A stretch of 64,000 bases of DNA from Callorhinchus milii (lineage: Eukaryota), in assembly GCF_018977255.1 (NCBI RefSeq), contig NW_024704742.1:112780001-112844000 (forward strand), given 5' to 3'. The position numbers were made by a program, and so were the translations under genes. The first letter of the stretch is position 1, and the number at the start of each line of letters is the position of its first letter. Below the pieces are notes generated by a model that was not told the origin of the DNA, did not search any database, and saw nothing but the letters and a program-made list of their open reading frames with translations. Of the stretch, positions 25,995-38,711 are shown one piece after another.

Positions 25995-26399
25995 TTCTCC
26001 TTGGAGCAGAGAAGGCTAAGAGGAGACTTAATAGAAGTTTTCAAAATTATGAGGGGATTTGATAAGGTGAACTAGGAGAAAGTATTTCCACTGGCGGGTG
26101 TCGGTAACCTGAGGACACCAATTTAAAATAGTTGTTAAAAGAAACAGTCGGGATTTGAAGAGACATGTTTTCATACAGCGAATTGTTCGGATCTGGAATG
26201 CATTGCCTGAAAGGTTGGTGGAAGCCGATTCAATAACAACTTTTAAGAGAGAAGTAGATTATTATTTAGTGAGGACAAGCTTGCAGGGCTATGGGGAGAG
26301 AGCGGGGGAGTGGGATTGAATTGGAAGCTCTTTTCAAAGAGCTGACACAGACACCGTGGGCCAAATGGCTTCCTTCTGTGCTGTATAATTCTACGATTC
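25995..26399 (+). mobile_element. CR1 3' end
   Basis: FSLEQRRLRGDLIEVFKIMRGFD..IWNALPE; tail gggccaaatggcttccttctgtgctgtataattctacgattc. Confidence 0.93.
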
Positions 26400-26589
26400 A
26401 TAATGGGTAATGGGGTCCCAGCTTGGCGAGTATCATGCTCTGTGCTTACCACTTTTTTCATGAGATTGTACATTATAAGGTTTCACAGGATATTAATTGG
26501 CGCCATTATCATTGTTACCAATTTAACAATATTTAAGTCTTTGCTAATCCAGAATCACAGAGAGCATGTCTAGAACAGCATTCATTCAT

Positions 26590-26750
26590 AATAATCCTTG
26601 CATTTGATATTGTGCCTTTCACATCTCAAGGACGACTCAAAGTGCTTCACCCAATTTACTGTTAAGGGTGCATTTTGTAGGCAAACACAGCAGCCAATTT
26701 GCACTCAGCATTGTCCCACAACAGCCATATAATGAATGACCAATTTTAGA
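26590..26750 (-). mobile_element. SINE 3' tail fragment (Deu/Ala-SINE type)
   Basis: aataatccttgcatttgatat...cagccaatttgcactcagcattgtcccaca. Confidence 0.75.
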
Positions 26751-26777
26751 ATATTGTTGCGTCCTACTGAGTATCGG

Positions 26778-27656
26778 CAACAATAACAAAAACAAGATTA
26801 CATTTGTGTAGAGCCTTTCACGTCGGGAGGACGTCCCAAGGCGCTGGACAGTGTACAGCATTTTAGACCCGAGCTGGGGTCGGGAGGGGAAGGGAGGGGA
26901 GGGGAAGGGGGGTGGCCGATGACATGGTCGAAGAGGAGGGTCTTGAAGCGGGACTTGAAGGAGGCTAAGGAGGAGGCGAGGTGGAGTGACTGGGGGATGG
27001 AATTCCAGAGGTTGGGGGCAGAGTGGCTGAAGGCTCTCCCGCCAATGGTGGGGCGGGTGGGTCAGGGGACTAGGAGCAGGCCAGAGCCGGCTGAGTGGAG
27101 GGAACGGGTGGGTTGGTAGAGGGTTAGGAAGTTGCAGAGGTAGGGTGGGGCGAGGCCATGGAGGGCTTTGTATGTGAGGACCAGGATCTTGAACTGGATC
27201 CTCTGAAGGATAGGGAGCCAGTGGAGTCGGGCGAGAGTGGGGGAGATGGGGTCACAGAATTTGGTGCAGGAGAGGACACGGGCTGCAGAGTTCTGGATTA
27301 TCCGTAGTCTGCGGAGGGAGGAGTTGAGAAGGCTGACAAGCATGAACAAGAGTTTCAGCGGCCTGAGGGGTGAGGAAGTGGCGGAATTGGGCGATGTTAC
27401 GGAGGTGTGGGAAGGCAGAGCGGTCATGGCTTAAGTGTGGGGGAGAAAAGACAGTTGAGGGTCAAACAAGACACCTAGGTTCCTGACTGGTTTGGTGACT
27501 TGAAGTGTGCAACCATGGAGGTTGATGCTGCCAGAGCCTGGGGTGCAGAGGCGCTGGCGCGAGCCAATCAGGAGGTCCTCAGTCTTGTTCACATTCATCT
27601 GTAGGAAATTTGCCCTCATCCAGGACTTGATGTTCAACAGGCAGTCTGTCAGGACA
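26778..27656 (-). mobile_element. L2 LINE 3' part, family A
   Basis: DCLLNIKSWMRANFLQMNVNKTE, IQNSAARVL, LHWLP; tail gggacgtcctcccgacgtgaaagg plus (gtt)n-like end. Confidence 0.95.
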
Positions 27657-28929
27657 GACAACTGTCAAAAGCACTGAAGTGAGAAATTACTAATTTTGAA
27701 ACTGGGTTTCCATAGGTTCCTTTAAGAACTACAGAAAACATGCTTTAAAACAAAGATTGAAAGTCAAAATTAATTAAAATCTGCATGGTCTAGGCCAGGT
27801 GGAATTTCTGCTCCTGTGAAAGTATTTGTTGTAATTAGAAATGTTCTCCACTTGATTCCAAGATTATGATGAATCAAGTTGATGGTGTACCATGTTAGGC
27901 GTTCCATTGTCTGGAGCCATAGAGTGCTGCACACAAGTTGAATTCCCACATTCCTGTAACTTCTTGGCCTCAGCTAAGGTAGTAAATTGCAGATCCAAGC
28001 CCAGGCCAGACATTGTGCCACATGATGTGGAGACAGGAATCCGAGGCAAGGCTTGTCAGTGGCCACCCCTCATACACCCCTTAATAACTGGCTCAAGCAC
28101 AGAAGAGGCAGAGGTCATAGAAGCAGATTATGATTCACCCGTCATCCCCCTCACCTCAGCCCTATTGAAGGTTTGTTCTCCAGAAAATGGAAAGGAAAAG
28201 CAATTAGACACAAACCTACATTAAAAAAACTAGAATTAGTATGCACTATGGAGGCAGTAAAAAGGAGCCAAGGATTAACTGACTAATACCAGATATGGAT
28301 TAGATTTGACCTTTTTAGAGAGATGTTTGGAACCTCAGAGAACATGCGCAGCCAATTTCGAATCCCAATGTGTTTTTCTCCAATTTATGCCTGTATCTCA
28401 CAAATCCAGACAGGATAATATGAACAAAAGCTTTGAAATATCATTGGTCTTTGGTTGTGCCGATTACATGAAACAAATGCCAAGCCTTGAGGCAATTCAA
28501 AGCCACATGGTATGAGAAAGGGAAAGTAATTTAAATGAATAAATATTTGTCATCTGGTTTTAACTCCATTTCCCAGGTTTTTCTTGTCATGACCCTGAAT
28601 CACAGCAGAGTCTTGTGGAGGGAATTATTTAACATGACAACAGGAAATTCAAGGGAATGTATTCTTTCTGGGTAAAGAACATAAAAACAAAACCATCTGT
28701 TGGGTAGCAACATTAAGTAGGTTAGAAGCTTTTGCTTGATAAGTCTCCATTGACTTGCGTTTTCATTAAACATAGCTTCATATCAAAACTATATTGTCTC
28801 TGAAGTATAATATTGTTGGTATAGTGCCAAAATAATTATGGCACCTCAAACCTTTAAATTAACTTCATAATAATAAAATAGCAAATGTATGTAATAATTC
28901 TTCCATTTGATATAGGGCCAATAATGTTA

Positions 28930-29170
28930 TCCAATGTCCTGGCCTCAACCATTCATCATGACCACCTTTTTCAGTTGTTAATTACTTACTGGGTTAAAGT
29001 AAACGTTCTGGTGTCTGTCCTGAATTACCTCTTTGCAACTCTAAACCTATGTCCTCTTGTTCTACTGTCTTTGTGCACCCTAAAGTATTGATCTGAATTT
29101 ACTTTTCAATCCCATTTAAAATGTTATATACCTCTATGAGGTCCCCTCTGAGACATCTTCTTTCAAAAGT
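28930..29170 (-). mobile_element. Degraded CR1 3' fragment
   Basis: Reverse strand reads agatgtctcagaggggacctcatagaggtatataac (LRGDLIEVY) and acaagaggacatagg (TRGHR). Confidence 0.7.
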
Positions 29171-29312
29171 ATAAACCAATGCAGATTACAGAGAGTACTT
29201 TATATGTATGGAAATGCTTCTACATATGTATGGAAATCTCCGATGTGTCATTTTAATCAATAATCAATATATGGTGTGACAGCTTTAATTTCTAAATGTT
29301 GTCACATGATCA

Positions 29313-29500
29313 AGAACAACAACAAGATTCCATTTATAGAGCGCCTTTCACGTCAGGAGGACGTCCCAAGGTGCTGTACAGTTGGGTCAGGACCCGAGCA
29401 GGGGGGAAATGGTCAGGGTGAGGGGAGGGAAGGGAGGGAGCGAGGAGGGGGGAAATGGTCAGGGTGAGGGGAGGGAAGGGAGGGAGCGAGGAGGGGGTAG
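29313..29500 (-). mobile_element. L2-A 3' tail with 46-bp tandem duplication (29401-29492)
   Basis: aacaacaagattccatttatagagcgcctttcacgtcaggaggacgtccc, then two copies of ggggggaaatggtcagggtgaggggagggaagggagggagcgagga. Confidence 0.9.
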
Positions 29501-31559
29501 AGAGTCGAGAGGGGAGCTGGTCTGTTAATTAGGGAGTGTTACACAGCAGAGTGTTTTAGGAAGCAAGCTGAAACTAGGAGGGTGAGAATATAGAAGCAGA
29601 AAGCCTCAGAAAGCCATAAATACAAAAAAACCTCAAGCTGCTCAAAAAACAGGTTGAGAGATAATTTATAAGCAAAATTATTAAACAATATGGAGAGAAT
29701 GCAGGGAAATTTAATTAAAAATAATTGCATTTAATTAAAAAAAACTCAACTGGCCAAATAGCTTACTCCTGTTCCTATAGTATGGTCAACTTTCTCCCAC
29801 TTCTCCCTTGGCCCTCACTACCCTCGGCTCCTACCTCAGCTCTGATGCAAATTCTGTACTGTCTGAGCACCTTGGGCCATCCTTCAATGTGAAAGGTGTA
29901 AATTTGTTGTTATAGTCTTAAATGGGGCTCGTTGTACTGGGACACTGAAAAGAAGAAGTGCACCAGCGTCAGCTCTGAATGGTTTATTAGATTATTCAGG
30001 TATCTCAGTGTAAAGAAATCTCAGAGGACCAGCCCCATACCTGCTCCAGTGACTGCAAAGGATTGCTGAAAGACACATGGGTCATTCCATGTGTCATAAC
30101 AGCAGAGGTTCTGGGCCAATGAATAAAGCAACTCAGGCACAATATGCTATTTAACAGATAAGTTGAAAGTGGCAAAGCTCTCATCACTAATTAAGGAAAA
30201 ACTGTGATATCAAAAGGTACATTTGCCCACCACACATTTCCACACAGGGAATAGAGCACTGTGGTGAATGATAGGAGTTCCAATAAAATCCAGGTTAGCT
30301 TATAGAGTGATTGGATGTGTTAAATGCATATTGAATTTCACAAGGCTCGGTCATGAAACTGCAGTTCCATGTTAGTTTTGTTTCCTTTTGCCCTCTGACT
30401 GCCTCTTTACCTCTCCCATTTTGAAGAAGTGACTTGACACAATAGGTTCCATAGCCATCAGTGGCCGTCCCAAGTTCTGACCTAGCAAGCGTCTTCATGA
30501 ATGGTACTGTGAAGATCAACAGCCTATTCGCTGTGGAGACCATCTTAGCTAATCTTAGCCCAGTCCTCACCTGACATCTGCACACAGATACACAAAACAG
30601 AATAGCAATTAACATTTATTTAGTGCCTTTCATATTGGGAAGATATCTCAAAGTGCTTCACACAGCTGACTGGGAGCCCATGCTGCAGTTACAGAGCACA
30701 AAGCAAAGGTGACCAAAACTGTGGTCAAAAAGGTAGATCTTAATATTGTGTTTATTTTAATGGATGGTGAAATGTAACTATAGTAAAATACAGCACATTA
30801 AAATTTATATTTTGGGACGTCATCCCAAAGTGCATTCACGGTCCTCCTGGATGTGCACCCAAGTTGGGGATAGGAATTGAGTGAGGTGGGGAGGGGAAAA
30901 AAATCACTGAAAGCACAGTTTTGAGGCACGCTCAAAAGAGGGGAAGGAGGAAGGAAGTAGCGGGGCTCTGTGAATGACTAAAAGCCTGCATGCTGAGAAT
31001 GGGGTGGATAGGGTGGTGAACATAACGCAGGCTGGTGCTCGCTGAGCGAATATTAATCAGCATACACACCACTTCCCACAATTCTTGACAGCAAGTAGCA
31101 GTGGGACCACTGTTGCTAGCCAGGCGTGCTGAAATCATTATTTGTCTCCACTGTACCTTGCCCCCCACTCTTACCTCCTGACTGTGATCAATTATCAACA
31201 CTGACAACTGATCAAACCTGGGATGCTCTGTGTTTGCACGCTGAGTCTCACACCATATGGTGCATTTGCTCAACGAAGCATTGAGAGAGGCTTTTATTTT
31301 GATTAATTTTACTGCAAGTTAAATTTCACCGTCCATTAAAGTAAAAAAAACGCTCATATAATAAATTACAGTAAACACCATGGAGTGCAATCTTAATCTG
31401 AAATACTTTCTTAAATTCTGTTTAATGCTTGTGCTATGAAGTGTGTCATACTTTCCATATGGTCCAGCAGTGCCTATCAGCACCCCTGAGGTAGCTGAGT
31501 GACTTTGCACTCTCTGACAGCATCCGTAGGCTGATCTCAAACCTGTAAAATAAAACACA

Positions 31560-31740
31560 TAATAATAAAAAAATAAAAAAACTTGCATTTGATACAGTGA
31601 TTTTCACAATGCGAGGATGTCACAAAGCACTTCACAGGATTTACTGTAAAGTGCAGTGACTGAATATTTGTAAGCTAACGCGCATTATTGCACAGCAGTG
31701 TCCCACAAAGTGCCATGAAGTGAATAAACAGTGAATAAAA
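31560..31740 (-). mobile_element. SINE 3' tail fragment (Deu type)
   Basis: cttgcatttgatacagtg...aaagcacttcacag...gcacagcagtgtcccaca. Confidence 0.7.
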
Positions 31741-31847
31741 TATGTGGCACTTCATAATAAAATTCATATCACCAGTGATCATTTTCACATTGAATCTATT
31801 AAGAAATGCCACACATTTTACCCCATTAACATTAGCTATAGCTAAAA

Positions 31848-32990
31848 ACAACAACAACAACAACAACAAGATTCCTAGGGGCTGAGAGGCTGAAGGCCCA
31901 GCCACCGATGGTAGGGCGGTTGGGGCGGGGGATGTGGAGCAGACCGGAGCCAGAGGAACGGAGGGTACGGGCAGGTAAGTAGGGGGATAGTAGGTCGGAG
32001 AGGTAGGAGGGAGCAAGGCCGTGAATGGCCTTGTAGGTGAGGATGAGGATCTTGAATTCGATCCTCTGGGGGATGGGGAGCCAGTGGAGGTGAGCGAGGG
32101 TGGGAGTGATGTGGTCGCGAAGCCTGGTGCGGGACAGTACACGAGCTGCAGAGTTCTGAATGACCTGCAGCTTGTGGAGGGAAGTGCCGGGAAGGCCGGC
32201 GAGGAGAGAGTTCCCATAGTCCAGCCTTGAGGTGATAAAGGCATGGACCAGAGTTTCAGCAGTGTGAGGGGTGAGGTAGTGCCGTAGTCTGGCGATGTTC
32301 CGGAGGTGATGGAAGGCGGTGCCAGTTTTGGCGCAGATATGAGGAAGAAAGGACAGTTCAGGGTCGAACAGAACACAGAGGTTCCTGACTACCTTTGAGA
32401 GGTGGAGAGTGCAGCCTTGGATGCTGATGCTGTCAGCGCCAGAGGTGCGGAGGCGCTGATGCGAGTCAATCAGGAGGGCCTCAGTTTTACGCACGTTGAG
32501 CTGAAGAAAGTTGTCTCTCGTCCAGGACTCAATGTCAGACAGGCAGCTGTCAGGACATCGGTGGTCGTGGAGTTGAGGGTAGAGGAGGAAAGGTAGAGTT
32601 GGGTGTCATCCGCATACATGTGGAAGTTAACCCCATGTCTGTGGATGATGTCACCAAGGGGGAGCATATAGAGGGTGAAGAGGAGGGGACCGAGGACAGA
32701 GCCCTGAGGGACACCGCATGAGACAGTGCGGGGGCTGGAGCAAAAGCCGTTCGTGGAAACAAAGTGAAGATGGTGGGAGAGGTACGACCTGAACCACTCA
32801 AGGACAGGGCCTTGAAGATTGAGGTGGGAGGACAGGCGGTGGAGGAGGATAGCGTGGTCGACCGTATTGAATGCTGCCGATAGGTCGAGGAGGACGAGGA
32901 GGCAGAGGGAGCCCTGGTCGCAGATGGTCAGGATGTCATTGGTGACCTTGACCAGGGCAGTTTCTGTTCTATGGGCAGCACGGAAACCAA
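31848..32990 (-). mobile_element. L2 LINE family A; RT core to C-terminus, 3' UTR deleted
   Basis: [65 protein letters not shown]; CpG-rich, so probably young. Confidence 0.97.
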
Positions 32991-33272
32991 CACACATTCC
33001 TGATTTTATAGCAGTGTTTCAATAGCCAGCCTTCCAATTGTTTTCATCCCGGATCATGAGCAATCAGCATAGCCTCTCGAGATACTTTAACCAATGTATT
33101 AGAGAGCAACAGAACTCTCAACTGTGCACCATGCGAGCCGGGCAAGGGTTTCTAAAATCTACAAGTGACTGGATAAAGAAAGCAATGCTGAATCAGTGAC
33201 TGATGCTACAGCTAAACAGTGATAATGGGCAGTCTGCTGCACTTTCCCAAGGAGTGAGGATAACATTTCCAT

Positions 33273-33402
33273 TACAACAACAACAACAACAAGATTCCAT
33301 TTATAAAGCGCCTTTCACGTCAGGAGGACGTCCCAAGGCGCTGCACAGTTGGGTCATGACCCGAGCAGGGGGGATATGGTCAGGAGGAGGGAAGGGAGGG
33401 AG
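33273..33402 (-). mobile_element. L2-A 3' tail only (~130 bp)
   Basis: (caa)n gattccatttataaagcgcctttcacgtcaggaggacgtcccaaggcgctg. Confidence 0.9.
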
Positions 33403-33799
33403 ATTAAAGACTAAACTTGCAGTTCTGTCCTTCACTTGACTTCTCTGTGCTCAATTCCCTGATGGAGTACAAGTAGCCATCCATATCATTTGAATTAAAA
33501 TATTATTACGTTAGAAAATCTGCACACATTCCTCACAATATCTTAGATGAGTTACACAGGCCTAGGATTGTGAAAGGTAATTTAGGAAAGACATATGAAA
33601 GTATTTCACCACTGGGATGGGTTACTAGAAAGAGTGCTCGAGGCCAAAACTCTGGATTTATTTAAGAAACAGCTTGATACTCTAGAATGGGAAGATGGGT
33701 TAGTATTTTGGAAGGATCACATGAACACAAGATTCATCTGGATGAAGAAGGTCCTTCAGTCCGTCTAATCTCACCTCTTTAGAACACCCACTCTACAGT

Positions 33800-34930
33800 A
33801 CACCTCTATAAGATCCCCTCTGAGTTGTCTTCTCTCAAGATAGAAGAGTCCTAGCTTGTCTAGTTGTTGCTCATAGCTCATTCCTCTAACGTTGATGACC
33901 ATCCTCGTTGCTCTCCTCTGCATTGACTCTTGGGACTGGCCAGCTCCTTAATGTTGCGAGGACCAAAATTGTATGCAGTATTCAAGCTTGGTCTGACCAA
34001 AGTTCAGTAAAACCTAAGAATAATGTCTGGGGATCTCAACTGATTTAGCAATATAGGCCAGCATTTTGTTTACTTATTTATTACTGTCGCACATTGTTTT
34101 GACATAGATGAGTCAACTAATACCCCTAGATCTTTTCCAGCTTCCGTGTTTACACGTTCAATCCCATTCTTGGAGTACTTGTGTGTCCTATTCTTGGATC
34201 CCATTTGTACCTTGTATTTATCTGTATTGAGCTTCACTTGCCTGTTATCAGCTAATGTGCAGACCCTATCAGGTTCTCTTTGTTGGACCTTTACTACTTC
34301 CTCTTATTCCACAGTTCCCCCCAACTTGGTGTGATCTGCAAATTTAACAATCTTACATTGGGTCTGCGAACCATGGACAGAGAACAAAAGGGATCCCATT
34401 ACACATTCAAGTGCCCTATTTAGTACCCCTCTCCATTATAATTCAGCTCCCCTAACAAAGAACCTCTGCTTCCTTCCCTTCACACAATTCTGGATCCAAG
34501 TTCATGACTTGCTCTTGATACTCAGTGGTTACAATTTGTGGAGAAGTCGCTCATGGGGTACTTTGTCAAAAATCTTTTGGAAGTCATTGTATCGTTTCCC
34601 ACAGTCATTCTGGCTTGTCATCTCCTAGACGTCTACGAGATAGGTCAGACAAGACCCATCCTTTCTTGGACCCATGTTGGCTGTCAAATGTTAGATTATT
34701 TTGTGTGGGCAATCTTCCACTTCCTTTCTGATGATTGACTCCAAAATGTTTCCTATTATTGAGGTCAGGCTAATGGATCTACAGTTGCCAAGTTTAGTTT
34801 TGTTGGCCTTAAATATGGGAACAACATTTGCTTGTTTCCAGTTCGTTGGAACCTCCCCAGATCCGATCGAATCCCTGATGTCTGTCAGTGCTGCACAAAT
34901 CTCCTGCCTTGTTTCACTAGGTACATTTGA
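33800..34930 (-). mobile_element. Old degraded CR1 RT fragment
   Basis: GEVPTNWKQANVVPIFK..GNCRSISLTSI; aaatttgcagatcacaccaagttggggg (KFADHTKLG). Confidence 0.85.
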
Positions 34931-35005
34931 TGATATCAAAAGGGCAGTCTGCCTCCAAATCTCTCTTATGTTTTTATAATCTTTATTGTTCTTAAAACTG
35001 AAAGT

Positions 35006-35857
35006 CTGTCCATCTGTGACCAGGGCTTCCTCTGTCTCCTCGTCCTCCTCGACTTTCTGTTGCCTTTGATACTGTGGACCACTCTATCCTCCTCCACCGC
35101 CTCTCCCCTCTCTTCAACCTTCAAGGTTCTGTCCTTGAATGTTTCAGATCCTATCTCTCCCACTGGCTCAACTTTGTCTCCACAAATGGCTTCTCCTCCA
35201 GCACCCGCACAGTCTCATGTGGTTTTCCTCAGGACTCTGTCCTCAATCCTCTCCTCTTCAACCTGTACATGCTCCTTCTAGGTGACATCATCCGCAGACA
35301 TGGGGTCAACTTCCACATGTACGCGGATGACACCCAACGCTCTGCCTCCACCCTCAACCCCAGGACCACTGATGTCCTGACAGACTGCTTGTCAGACATC
35401 AAGTCCTGAATGAGAGCCAATTTTCTACAGTTGAATGTCAGCAAGACTGAGATTCTCCTGATTGGTTCAGGCCAGCACCTCAGGCATTGGCAGCAACAGC
35501 ATCCACAGATGCACGCTCCACCTCACCAAGCCAGTCAGGAACCTAGGCATCTTGTTCAACCCTCAACTGTCCTTTCTCCCCCACATCCATGCCATGACAC
35601 GCTCTGCCTTTCTCCACCTCTGCAACATTGCTTGACTCCGCTGCTGCCTCACCACTTAGGCCGCCGAAACCCTCATACATGCCTTCATTACAACCAGGCT
35701 CAACTATGTCAATACCCTAGTTATCGGCCTTCCCAACTCTTCCCTCCACAAGCTGCAGATCATCCAAAACTCTGCAGCTCGTGTCCTCTCCCGCACTAGG
35801 CTCCATGACCGCATCACTCCCATCCTCACCCGTGTCCACTGACTTCCCAACCCTCAC
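35006..35857 (+). mobile_element. L2 LINE family A fragment
   Basis: [44 protein letters not shown]. Confidence 0.94.
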
Positions 35858-35972
35858 AATTAATTTTTGCATCTAGTATTTCTTGAATTAAGTAAGTAGT
35901 GTGCATTCCTGGGGATCGAATGCCATTCCATTCTAGACACAGGGATATTTTCATATGTAGGTGGGAAATTAT

Positions 35973-36120
35973 TTACATAGATTTACATAGCTTGTATAGC
36001 ATGGAAACAGGCCATTCGGCCAATTAGTCCATTACAGTGTTAATACTCTCCATGAGTCTCCACCCACTCCTTACTCTCTTCTACACTCTTCTATTCCCTT
36101 CTCCCTCATGTGTCTATCTA
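35973..36120 (-). mobile_element. CR1 3' UTR/tail fragment
   Basis: acatagatttacatag...gaaacaggccattcggcc...cttctccctcatgtg; same family as 63240-63682. Confidence 0.75.
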
Positions 36121-36734
36121 AGCACAGTGATATACTCTTAAACAAAGTGATGAGTTTCTGCATCAATCAGACACCTGGCTAACCAAAACAAAAGTCACAT
36201 TAAGATTGCAGGTTTGTGGGTTTTACTATCTAAAGAAGCATTCTTGCATTAGGTGATCTGCCAACCTTATTCTTGAAATGATGAGAGAATCTCTATACTT
36301 TAATTTATGATAATTATGCCTTGAAGTTGGCAAGGAAAGGTAAAAATACAATTTTGATTAAAATTTATAAAGCGTAAATGGTGTTTGTTTTAGAATTGTA
36401 CAACACACTGGTGTGAATGACTAAAATATTACATTTTTATTTGATCACACATAGGGACTGCTTTAATTTCAAGGAAAATCTGTATTTAATATCTTGCATG
36501 GTAATATGTGGAGGAGAGATTACACAGTTCAATAACAATGGTTGAGTATTCCAAACACATTTTACGTGCCCAAGCATTGCCATTCTGCTTTAGTCTAACA
36601 TTAGTAAAAATGGATGGAAAGTAATAAACTCATGCTACGGCACCCTTAACCTGTATAAGGTCAGAATACAATTGTCTGCTAAAATATAGCTGTTTCAAGC
36701 ATAACTGTATCCATGAGAAAGAAGGGAAAGGAAA

Positions 36735-36895
36735 AATAATAATAATAATCCTTGCATTTGATATTGCATTGTCTCAAAGTCCTTCACAGAATATATTGTG
36801 AATTGACTGTATACTTTGCAGGCAAAACGTGGCAGCCAATTGTGCACAGCAGTGTCCCACGAACAGTCATAAATTGAGTGAATAAATTATTATTA
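36735..36895 (-). mobile_element. tRNA-Ala SINE, 5'-truncated; followed by a + strand CR1 tail remnant (~36935-37025)
   Basis: aataatccttgcatttgatat...gcagccaattgtgcacagcagtgtcccac; then gggctgaatggctcatttggtgctgtaaattctatg. Confidence 0.85.
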
Positions 36896-37399
36896 CTTTT
36901 ATTTAGGGGAGAGAAGCTACAGAGGAGGGAAAAGGAAGGGCGGGGCTCGTGTGGAGTATAACCACCATTGTGCACTAGTTGGGCTGAATGGCTCATTTGG
37001 TGCTGTAAATTCTATGCACAATTCTGATTTAAGCCCCGATTCCAATGTCACAAACCACTCTCTATATTGAATCCCTGACCCAAATATAGTACAAAATATC
37101 CATATTCACCCATTCTGAGCACAGTCAGTTTGGGGGAAGATCTGTTTTTAATTTGTCGTATTCTGTTTTCTTTCATTGAATCACTATATGATACTACTAC
37201 TGCTGCTACTACTAATAATAATAGTTTGCAGGATGCAGTAGAAAAGTTTGCAGGCTGGTTATTAACTTATGTGGTTCATGAAGATCTTGAGAGAAGCAGA
37301 AAATATCGCAACCGCAGCATTTTGTAATTCACCAGTTATTCATTTATCAGACTTTGCTCAAAAAATAAAATTACTGTACAATGTCAGGCAATAACATAA

Positions 37400-37730
37400 T
37401 TTATAATTATTATTGCATTGATATATCAAAACATCTCAAAGCTAATTGCTGACAAGTGTGATGACTGTGTATTTATAAGCAAGTATACAATCACATTTCA
37501 CCCAGCCAGATCCCACAAACAATCATGAAATTAATAATCATTTTTTTGCACAGGAACATTGGCCAGAACACCAAGAGAAATTTTATTCATTTTTCCAGTA
37601 ATATTATGGCATCTTTAATATCCATTTGAATAGGCAAACAGGACGGATATAACGTCTTATTTGAAGTTCAGCGCCATCAACAGTGCAGTTCTCCCTCAGC
37701 AGTGGATTGATGTGGTGCTTGAGCTCATTG
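37400..37730 (-). mobile_element. Degraded Deu-domain SINE
   Basis: gatcccacaaac, ttggccagaacacc, ggcatctttaatatcca, taacgtcttatttgaag, acagtgcagttctccctcag. Confidence 0.65.
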
Positions 37731-37904
37731 TCCTTAGAACTAGCACTCCAATGTGATCCGCTCTTCCTTGTTCTTCTTTATTTCAGCAAAAGCAGTTCCG
37801 TTGTAAGACTCTTATCATGAAGTCTTTCAAACATGTTGTTTGTTATGGCAGAGAAGGCAAAACAACTCACTGCAGGCCAGAAACAGGAAAATGTGATAAA
37901 TAGC

Positions 37905-38355
37905 AAAGGGTACAGCGGAGATTTACTAGGATGATACCGGGGAACAGTGGTTTACCTTATTAGAAGAGACTGGAGAAAATGGGATTGTTACTGCTGGACA
38001 AAGAAGGTTGAGGTTTTAAAATAATGAGGGGTTTTGATAGAGTCAATAGGGAGAAATTATTTCCACTGGTCAGTGAGTTAGTGGCTGGAGAGCATCAATT
38101 TAAAATAGTTAGCAAACGAGCAAATGGGGAGGTTAGGAGAAATCTTTTCATGCTCAGAGATTTAGGATATGGAATGCCCTACCAGGAGCAGTTGTTGGGA
38201 TAGTATCAACATTAACTTTCAAAAGAGAACTAGATAGATATCCAAAAAGGAGTAAACTACAAGGGAATGGGCAAAGTGCAGGTAAACAGCACAGGAGCCA
38301 ACACAGACACAATGGGCTGAAAGGTCTTCTTTTGTGCTGCAAATTTCTATGGTTT
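37905..38355 (+). mobile_element. CR1 3' fragment
   Basis: VQRRFTRMIPG, IWNALP; tail acaatgggctgaaaggtcttcttttgtgctg. Confidence 0.88.
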
Positions 38356-38387
38356 CTTTGAAAGTCTCTACTTTCTAACCTAAAGGG

Positions 38388-38711
38388 ATAATAATAATAA
38401 TAATAATTCTTGCATTTGATATAGCGATTTTCACGTCTTCTAGACGTCTCAAAGCACTTCACAGAATATACTGTAAAGTGAATTGACTGTATATTTGTGG
38501 GCAAACGCGGCAGTCAATTGCGCACAGCAGTATCCAACAAACAGTCATAGATTGAAAATGACCAATTTATTATTGTTTTGTTTTTTGGAGGGATTATTAT
38601 TAGGCTCTGTGTGGAGTAAGGAAACTTGCCCAAGGTTTCACCCTGCCTGGAATTGAACTCAGGTCTCTCACTTGCAAAGCGAGTGCTATAACCGTTGAGC
38701 TATAGGACTCC
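38388..38711 (-). mobile_element. tRNA-Ala SINE, full length, TAGAA-loop tail
   Basis: Head with ttgcaa anticodon loop and B box gagttcaattcc; tail gagacgtctagaagacgtg plus (att)n. Confidence 0.95.
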
